DNA from: Pseudomonadota bacterium
GTDB taxonomy: Bacteria; Bdellovibrionota_B; Oligoflexia; Silvanigrellales; Silvanigrellaceae
Length of the DNA stretch: 64,000 bases
NCBI GenBank assembly: GCA_039799905.1
Contig: JBDLRP010000048.1
Span: 10,024 to 74,023, forward strand
Reading direction: 5' to 3'
Positions 58,201 to 64,000 of this stretch are shown in pieces. The notes under the pieces were generated by a model. It made no database searches and was not told the origin of the DNA. It was given only the letters and a program-made list of their open reading frames with translations. A program made the position numbers and the translations under genes. The stretch's first letter is position 1; every line of letters starts with the position of its first letter.

Positions 58201-59896
58201 TGCCAAAGAGGCAAACAAAGATCAGGCGACAAGTCAGGCTCTTCTCGATAGCGTAAACGCACTCAAGGACAAGCTGGCACGGTTTGAGAAGCTTGACGAA
58301 CGAGTCAACAAAATCGCGTCGGGAACTGCCACGTCGTTCGGTCTCATTGCAGCGATGGCGACCCGCATGGGCTTTAGCGACATCGTTGACAAAGCCAAGG
58401 CCGAAGCAACGAAACTGGCAGATATTGCCACTGCGGATCCCTCTCTGTTCCTGCCAATGGGATGCAAGGCGACATCACACTTCTTCAACTTTGCCAACGA
58501 AGGTCAGCCACTGCAGCGTTGCGACTCGGGTGTCAGCACAACGGACGGCAACCTTGGCGACAATGGTCGTTGCCGAACCACGCAGACGAACACGACGACT
58601 GTCACAACCAACGTCAACACCCACACCCAGACCACACAAACCTTTGCAACGTACCAAACCTACGGTTCGGTTCGCATGGTCAACACGCGCGGATGCTGGG
58701 CCGGCCCCGGATGCTACGACCAGTGGTACAACATGGGCAGCATCACGAGCTACTTGGGAGCAACAACGAGTACTTCGCAGCAGGTAACCACAACTCAGAG
58801 CACGTCTACGACATTTAGTCAGGCGATTGTTGGTGTTTTGAGTGTTCCTTGGCTGAGCCCACTCGATGCAAGTGCACAATCCATCATGAGACGAGCTGCC
58901 GGCTCACCGTTTCCGAGCGATCGCCGCACGATGATTGGTTTGCGGATTTTCGGAAACGCCGCCAAGTGGCGTCTCGAAGACCCCGAATCCGGAAGAAGAA
59001 TCGAGCTCAACGCAGCGGACTTCAAAGTGGCGGACACGGCCAACGGCTTGGTCTATGAAATTCCTGCCGCGATGTTCCTTGCCAAAACAAACGGTCAGGC
59101 CGGCTTCACGGAAACAGCGCGCATCACCGCTCTGACCGCGACCGGTGACGTTGCAATCGACAAAGGTGTGGCTGCAAAAACATGTCTGCACAGCATGAAT
59201 GGTGGCACGCACAACGTAACACGCAACGTGAACACCTTCTCGAGCAGCAGCTCTTCGACATCGAACTACAGCTACGGCGGCGTCTATTATCGCCAAGGTT
59301 ATTTCGGAACACGCTGGTACACCAGTCCGCTGGTTTTGGATCTTAAGCCGAACCGCAAACTGCAAACCATTGCACCAGAGTTAAGCAACGCGATGTTCGA
59401 CTTGCAGGCGTCCGGAATGAAGCAACGGGTTGGCTGGATTGCCAAGGACACCGGTCTGCTGGCGTTGGACTTAAACGGCAACGGCAAAATCGACAGTGGC
59501 CGTGAACTGTTCGGAGATTTCACCAAGCTTAAGTCAGGTTCTCTTGCCGCCAACGGTTACGAGGCTCTCGCCGACCATGACAGCAACAAGGACGGCGTCA
59601 TCGACAGCCAAGACCGCGTGTTTAAGAAACTCGTTCTGTGGATGGATGACAATGGCGACGGTGTGACACAGAAGGGCGAATTGAAGAAACTCGCGCAAGT
59701 GGGAATCACCGGAATCAGCGTGAAGTATGAGCAGGCAGCTGCTGACGAGCGCATCCAAAACCGCGGCAACACCAAGAACAACCTTGTGCTGTTCAAGAGC
59801 CGCTTCTTTGGAAGCAATTGTCCGGAAAACGGCTGCCGCAGCTACGACGTGTATTTCGGCTACGACGACCTCGTCAAACCGGTTGCGGTCAAATGA
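55211..59896 (+). CDS. Giant lipoprotein: long coiled-coil stalk, Thr-rich beta region, C-terminal FrpC-type self-processing-module-like Ca-binding domain
   Basis: Lipobox GSGC; heptad-rich N-terminal half; C-terminal SPLVLDL...GW...GLLALDLNGNGKIDSGRELFG...NGYEALA..DSN.DG.ID..D..F..L.LW.D.NGDG....GEL..L...GI. Confidence 0.85.
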   Translation: MMRSTFRRLTQVPVALTVLGVVGSGCGLRETRSSSATSLLGQVQKASNAGAVTATPKVSVQLDEIRKQLRDATEFWKLSLAQESKERKEADESIRADVLSLSEKLEALRTKLDSEINRLDKTLREEFDGKLKKQETDLVALISNETKARESAISTVNESIRLTRDELEGKISTLDAETKDAILKTNKALSDAEQRVRDLLGAEKENLLSEMKALEGRASKSTAELRSEIKGIIDSNEASAQAKFTDLQGQMVLAKQALEAQRASLTAQINELALKTDATSLALKTELAASSKTLTERIHTLDLVTQSQLAEVKADLEGQTLSVKTHLEQKIINNGEELSYLINLASSQAQANLTKAIGEQNSQLVAVMNEADNALRAELSKKISEESESQAAALQAFKREVDATYAKQVDLIALQGVVNGLSNALNILDHKVDDNDKRLTESVKKLRWELVEKIDGVQANVQSLRGDFTAHVKTYDAKVAELAAETRRAARQLRKEMASAAVHSEAERAKLQASIETLTVKLTNTEDFAIKTRDALTGKIVELERRDSELSNDVRDARNAATADLSAAIAKEQQARQAIADDVKKLQAEVERVSQVAGQALALSKANELAIAGVQTDLKEAEQRWKTELATLRGDMEKEMGDLRAQSQLIMRGLGLSAQSQFAETATQLADLKGKVAGLLSEMGRALEKGIKLSSDPVIKDGSADRAAAFVKKVSRDLSQTVGGKTITLQDLAAQRIDELSKVLGRVETEFLLAIDYAEVLLDAQKTADLRALNDSFIKDVVNLKNSSNVQVCAGGNAGQIESGIPVLMASVNNEEFWAHLARTYSQLLLSGSRTGDVELDKIFHGTAALADGQSFQSALAMSSAQSMAAGAGGECISRVNDWAKSVLFGSGEVSVRLRNALASRQGLARLLTSGSLEAAYKGLESPAVSIEAIAKSTLLPAFGGDEAKVVSYMRSGNVATKDPGFFASASQIIHEYTTTLGQRNAVEQNLAGLTEVAKEANKDQATSQALLDSVNALKDKLARFEKLDERVNKIASGTATSFGLIAAMATRMGFSDIVDKAKAEATKLADIATADPSLFLPMGCKATSHFFNFANEGQPLQRCDSGVSTTDGNLGDNGRCRTTQTNTTTVTTNVNTHTQTTQTFATYQTYGSVRMVNTRGCWAGPGCYDQWYNMGSITSYLGATTSTSQQVTTTQSTSTTFSQAIVGVLSVPWLSPLDASAQSIMRRAAGSPFPSDRRTMIGLRIFGNAAKWRLEDPESGRRIELNAADFKVADTANGLVYEIPAAMFLAKTNGQAGFTETARITALTATGDVAIDKGVAAKTCLHSMNGGTHNVTRNVNTFSSSSSSTSNYSYGGVYYRQGYFGTRWYTSPLVLDLKPNRKLQTIAPELSNAMFDLQASGMKQRVGWIAKDTGLLALDLNGNGKIDSGRELFGDFTKLKSGSLAANGYEALADHDSNKDGVIDSQDRVFKKLVLWMDDNGDGVTQKGELKKLAQVGITGISVKYEQAAADERIQNRGNTKNNLVLFKSRFFGSNCPENGCRSYDVYFGYDDLVKPVAVK

Positions 59897-62001
59897 GAGT
59901 CAGCCGGTTCTGGACATGGATGTCCTGCATGCTGATTTGCGCCCTGCTGTCGGCAGTCGCCTGCAGCAGAAAAAAACGAGAGGTTCCCCTGCGGGGGACT
60001 TTTCTCGTTGAGGGGCAGTTGGCGCTCTCAACTGAAATTGAAAAGAAACTTCAGGTGGCACCACCAAATTTTGCCTGGGTCGACAAGGATGGTGTTCGTC
60101 AACCGCTGTCAGGAGTGTCTTTCGACAACACAACGGGGCGTTTTTCATTCGAATTTAAACGCGACAATCTCATTCGCCGAATCGGCTACTCGCTTCCCGA
60201 GCTGACTGCTCTGATGGGCTTCAACCGCCCGCTCGAAAGACTCTCCGCGCAAGGCTTCGACCAAAACGAAACTGGTTTCATCCGACTGGAAGTTTATTCG
60301 GAAGTGAGTACCGGCGATTCCGGCGAAATATTTTTATACACACAAAAACTGGCTGGACTGCCGATGTCGGCTAGTTTCAGCACAAACCGGAGTCTGAACA
60401 TGGACCCCGTGCCCATCCAAACTTTCAAAGTTGGTTCGATCAGGGTCAACGTCAAAGACTCATCCGGCAATCCTGTGGAAGGAGCATTGGTCAGTGTCAT
60501 TCCGCTCGCAATCTTCGAAGGCAAAGCCGATGATTTTCGCCCTTTCAATCTGCGCCAACAATCTCTCTTTACACCAAGCGGTAATCTTTCGGATGCGAAG
60601 GGAAGTGCTCACGCGTGGCCCGTACCACTCGGCGCCGACAAGACAGCCAAATTTCAGATCGCTGTCAGCCACCCCAACTTCTGCACACAGGTGTCTGCCC
60701 CAGCTTTCCACGATCCGGCACTTTCCGCAGTCGACGTTACACTCATACCCTGTGAGAGCCAGCAAAGGAACAACAATCAAATCGACTGGGACGTTGCCTT
60801 TCCTGCAAACCTTTTCATTCTTGACGTACCCCGCGGTTCGCTTCCCGCGGGCACAGCATTTACCAATGAAGAAAAGGTTGAATTACGCCTCATCAACAAA
60901 AGCTCCACACTTCGTGGGATCACAGTAAGGATTCATGAAGGCGATGACACTGGTGCACCAGTCATCCTCACACAGGAATTCCCGACATTTGCAGATAAAC
61001 TTGTGGTGAATCTGCCACCCACGTTCAATAACGGAACCTCGGCGAGCGGACGCTTTGTCATCAATCTGATCGCTAGGGTTTCTGACGAAGACAAAGCATC
61101 GGGCATCAAAGAGTTTTCAAAGACACTCGATGGAAACAAAGGTGTGTTCAGACTCGAACCCGTCAAACAGACAGACTTTCAGATTTTGGGTCACAATTCC
61201 GCACCAGACCTGATTTCGGGTCAGGATGACCAGCAGTTTAAGGTGAAATACACGTTGTGTAAGGCCGGAATCAAAATTGGAATTGTCATTTCTGAAGAGG
61301 GCAAGAAAGAGCCCACGGCAAACCTTGTTCCCTGCAATGTGAACGGCAATACCTTCAAAATCAAAGATGTCTTCAAAGGATTCAGTAAAAAGGTTGGCAG
61401 CAACGTCATTCAATTCTTCCGCACTGATGAATTTAACAATGTTTCTGCTGATGACATCAGTGCCGTACCGACTTTGAACCGCCGTCTGGTGGAAGTTGAT
61501 TACGGCAGTCCAAACGCCATTGATGCCGAGCTTGGATTGCTGTCCGCGATAGTTGCCAACAGCTCAACCGTCAGGCCAGATCCTTTTGCAACCGCTCCGA
61601 ATCCGGCTGCAATGACACGGTCTCAGTTGACACCATCAAATGTGAAGGATTTTTCGTTCGTCTTTACCGAGCAGAGCGGAACCTCAAGTTGTGAGCTCGT
61701 TGATTCCGTTCCGGTGGCAGATCTTGAAACGCCCGACAGCAGCAATGGCAAAGAGGTCGGCCAATTCTACGTTGGTCCCGTAAAGAGCAGGGACGAGATG
61801 CTGGCGGCCTCGGTGTCCTGCGAGACCGGCAAATTTGTACTATCGACAGACTCAATTACATTTCCTGATAACGCCACAGCTTCCGCCACTTTGACACTCA
61901 CTCTCTTCGATAAAGCCGGAAACTCTTCAAGTGGCGAGCTTCTCATTCCCCCCTGCACAGCTCCTGACAATGGCGAACGCGTGTGCTGGGAGAATCCATA
62001 A
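59893..62001 (+). CDS. Hypothetical beta-rich lipoprotein (carboxypeptidase-regulatory/Ig-like segments)
   Basis: ATGA overlap with the upstream gene; lipobox AVAC; GSIRVNVKDSSGNPVEGALV; FDKAGN. Confidence 0.75.
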   Translation: MRVSRFWTWMSCMLICALLSAVACSRKKREVPLRGTFLVEGQLALSTEIEKKLQVAPPNFAWVDKDGVRQPLSGVSFDNTTGRFSFEFKRDNLIRRIGYSLPELTALMGFNRPLERLSAQGFDQNETGFIRLEVYSEVSTGDSGEIFLYTQKLAGLPMSASFSTNRSLNMDPVPIQTFKVGSIRVNVKDSSGNPVEGALVSVIPLAIFEGKADDFRPFNLRQQSLFTPSGNLSDAKGSAHAWPVPLGADKTAKFQIAVSHPNFCTQVSAPAFHDPALSAVDVTLIPCESQQRNNNQIDWDVAFPANLFILDVPRGSLPAGTAFTNEEKVELRLINKSSTLRGITVRIHEGDDTGAPVILTQEFPTFADKLVVNLPPTFNNGTSASGRFVINLIARVSDEDKASGIKEFSKTLDGNKGVFRLEPVKQTDFQILGHNSAPDLISGQDDQQFKVKYTLCKAGIKIGIVISEEGKKEPTANLVPCNVNGNTFKIKDVFKGFSKKVGSNVIQFFRTDEFNNVSADDISAVPTLNRRLVEVDYGSPNAIDAELGLLSAIVANSSTVRPDPFATAPNPAAMTRSQLTPSNVKDFSFVFTEQSGTSSCELVDSVPVADLETPDSSNGKEVGQFYVGPVKSRDEMLAASVSCETGKFVLSTDSITFPDNATASATLTLTLFDKAGNSSSGELLIPPCTAPDNGERVCWENP

Positions 62002-62111
62002 AGACAGACGGTGCGGCGAGGAAAAACTGACTCCCGCAACAAAAGTTGTCTGGACACGAGGTCCAAAGCACTTACGATATTATGGAAATGGTAGTTTTTT
62101 TGGAGGACTCT

Positions 62112-63473
62112 TTGCTGCGCGGACTGAATGCCCTCCGTCGGCTCATACTGGTGCTCGGTCTGTTATTTGCAGGCCACGGCATGGCTCAAGATGCGGAAGA
62201 TTCAACTCCGGGTGCAAAACGCGAGACTCCCACCAACTCGCAAAACTCCACAACAACCGGCGATGGCATCAAGAAGAGGCAACCTCGAAAAACACAAAAA
62301 CAGGGCAAAGGTAACAGCCAACCAAAAGACGCATCCGCAAAAGATGCATCTACGAAAGATGCCTCACAGTCAGCCAAGGAAAATTCAGCTGAGACGTCGG
62401 CAGCCGATCCAACAACCACCTCATCATCTGCAAAAGGAGCCATCAAGGGAATCGTCGACGGAAAAATTCGTTTTGACTCAAAGGAATTCACCGACATTGC
62501 CGTCGGGCAAATCTTTGTCGTCGAAGGAAAAACACCAGGTCAACTGGCAGCACGCATTGAAGTGACGCAGCTGAGCAAAAACAAAAAACTGGCCGCGGCA
62601 AAAGTCTCAAAATTGGAGCCAGAGTTTCAGGTGACTGACCTTCTCAACCTGACCGTTCATCGAGAACGGGATTTCAACGCGCGCTATGGCGAAGAAAAAG
62701 TTACTGCATTTGTCGCTCCTGAAGCCATTGTCGGACGCAACAACATGTTGGGAATGCAACTTCATGTCCTCAACCATATACCGCCAGCCGTAAACCTGAT
62801 CACAGGCGTCGAATTGAATCAACCTGTAACGGCAATTGGAGCAGGCGTTGAAGTCTTTCTGCCGCATGCAAAATTTGGTACGACTTTAAACCGTGTCGGG
62901 CTCAGGTCCACATATCTGCAGAGCATTCCGGTTGAAATCATCGGCCGCGTCAATGGCAGCGATGAAACGCAAACACTGCAGACCTCTGCAAATAACATCA
63001 AGTTCGGGATCATCTATCGAGCACGTTCGGCATCGGGTTCGCTTGCCGAGTACTGGGCATCGGCGGGCTATGAGATCATCAACACCAATGCAAAGATCGC
63101 AACCAACACCGGCGCAGGAAGCACAGACATCCAGTTTTCTCAAAAAGGGCCGGAGTTCGCCGTTGGCGGCGATTTCTCGCCACTTCCGTTCCTGTATCTA
63201 GGCGCAGATTTGAACGTTGGTATTCCACAGAAATACACCAGCACCGACAAGGCCAACGAATCTGCGCTCTCGGGAAAATGGAATCAAATACGCGCAGCCG
63301 TGTACGGTGAATTGCGGTATCCAAGCGGCAAAGTCCGGACAAATCTTCTCTCTCTGCAACTCAAAGGCGGGGTGTCGTCGGATAAAATTGAGGTCAAAAA
63401 GAACTCCACTAAGGCCGACGAAAACTACCTCGCGCCGTTCTTTGCTGTGCGCCTTGGCTACGCGATTCAGTAA
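62112..63473 (+). CDS. Exported protein with low-complexity N-terminus and probable C-terminal beta-barrel
   Basis: TTG 62112 after GGAGG; signal peptide ending GMA; C-terminal FAVRLGY. Confidence 0.65.
   Translation: MLRGLNALRRLILVLGLLFAGHGMAQDAEDSTPGAKRETPTNSQNSTTTGDGIKKRQPRKTQKQGKGNSQPKDASAKDASTKDASQSAKENSAETSAADPTTTSSSAKGAIKGIVDGKIRFDSKEFTDIAVGQIFVVEGKTPGQLAARIEVTQLSKNKKLAAAKVSKLEPEFQVTDLLNLTVHRERDFNARYGEEKVTAFVAPEAIVGRNNMLGMQLHVLNHIPPAVNLITGVELNQPVTAIGAGVEVFLPHAKFGTTLNRVGLRSTYLQSIPVEIIGRVNGSDETQTLQTSANNIKFGIIYRARSASGSLAEYWASAGYEIINTNAKIATNTGAGSTDIQFSQKGPEFAVGGDFSPLPFLYLGADLNVGIPQKYTSTDKANESALSGKWNQIRAAVYGELRYPSGKVRTNLLSLQLKGGVSSDKIEVKKNSTKADENYLAPFFAVRLGYAIQ
62325..62369 (+). repeat. 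15-bp in-frame tandem repeat x3 (KDAS[A/T/Q])
   Basis: aaagacgcatccgca aaagatgcatctacg aaagatgcctcacag. Confidence 0.8.
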
Positions 63474-63522
63474 CAGCATAGAATTACATGAAATATATTT
63501 TTCAATAATCCCCCTAATCCCC

Positions 63523-63550
63523 TTAATTTATTTCGTCAGTCTGCCGATCT
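63523..63550 (+). promoter_or_regulatory. Sigma-28-like promoter
   Basis: TTAAT-N15-GCCGATCT in an AT-rich intergenic region. Confidence 0.5.
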
Positions 63551-63581
63551 ACAGTTCAGTGAAGAGAAGGGGAGAGAGGCC

Positions 63582-64000
63582 ATGTCGCGCTCAGCAGATC
63601 AGGACTCGCCTTATAAACCTCCGAAAATAAGAACTTTTCTTGTATACGCCGCCGGCACTCTCCTCGTCATTGGGTGTTCGGGACGGGTCATCTCGCGCGA
63701 GGGCAACAATCCCTCTTCAGTGCGTGACCTCTACAAGTCTGGAAACGCAGCCGATGCGGTCGACATAAACAATCCGCTGCCAATCTCGCTGGTCAGTCTT
63801 CCCGCAAGTGAAACGAGACTTGAAACTTTCACAAGCGTCGTCGAGGCCCCCGCGGCAACTCACTACCGCGCAGCGATTGTCGATGGACGCGACGCACCCT
63901 GCAACGCACTTGGCGACCTCAAACCAATATCAGAGCCCTTGTCGGTTAAAATTGGCAAAGCTGGCGGCAAAACTCTTTGCATACAAGCTGCTCACGAACG
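63582..64000 (+). CDS. Hypothetical lipoprotein, 3'-truncated by window edge (absent from ORF track)
   Basis: ATG 63582 after a purine-rich SD; MSRSADQDSPYKPPKIRTFLVYAAGTLLVIGC...; frame stays open to the window end. Confidence 0.65.
   Translation, partial: MSRSADQDSPYKPPKIRTFLVYAAGTLLVIGCSGRVISREGNNPSSVRDLYKSGNAADAVDINNPLPISLVSLPASETRLETFTSVVEAPAATHYRAAIVDGRDAPCNALGDLKPISEPLSVKIGKAGGKTLCIQAAHE

Overview
Gene-dense bacterial chromosomal window. The mix of large orphan lipoproteins, S8 proteases, a Tat/cytochrome-c cluster, fliDS and sigma-28-type promoters suggests a Bdellovibrionota/Oligoflexia-like organism; this is an inference, not a database result. Housekeeping genes: mnmG, ftsB-like, fliD/fliS, a purine operon (purB-purS fusion, purQ, purL, purF, purE, purK, pyrF, purC-purD fusion, purN, purM), rmuC, a Xer-type recombinase, ihfA, trpS and nupC. 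The main candidate for a novel system is a translationally coupled minus-strand operon (19293->14800): argininosuccinate synthase fused to a CarB-type MGS domain, then a cytosine-deaminase-like amidohydrolase with an altered catalytic motif, dihydroorotate dehydrogenase and pyrE. It is preceded by an attenuator-like leader, and no carAB/pyrB/pyrC/argH occurs in the window. The layout suggests an alternative pyrimidine route, citrulline + Asp -> argininosuccinate -> ornithine + dihydroorotate -> orotate -> OMP. Also notable: a bacterial GTPase with immunity-related-GTPase (IRG/IIGP)-like motifs, a 1561-aa lipoprotein ending in an FrpC-type self-processing module with Ser-Pro in place of Asp-Pro, a four-gene Tat/heme-c lipoprotein cluster, and seven sigma-28-like promoters upstream of mostly non-flagellar genes. 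No tRNA, rRNA, CRISPR array or IS element was recognised. All family assignments come from motif recognition by eye; no searches were run.
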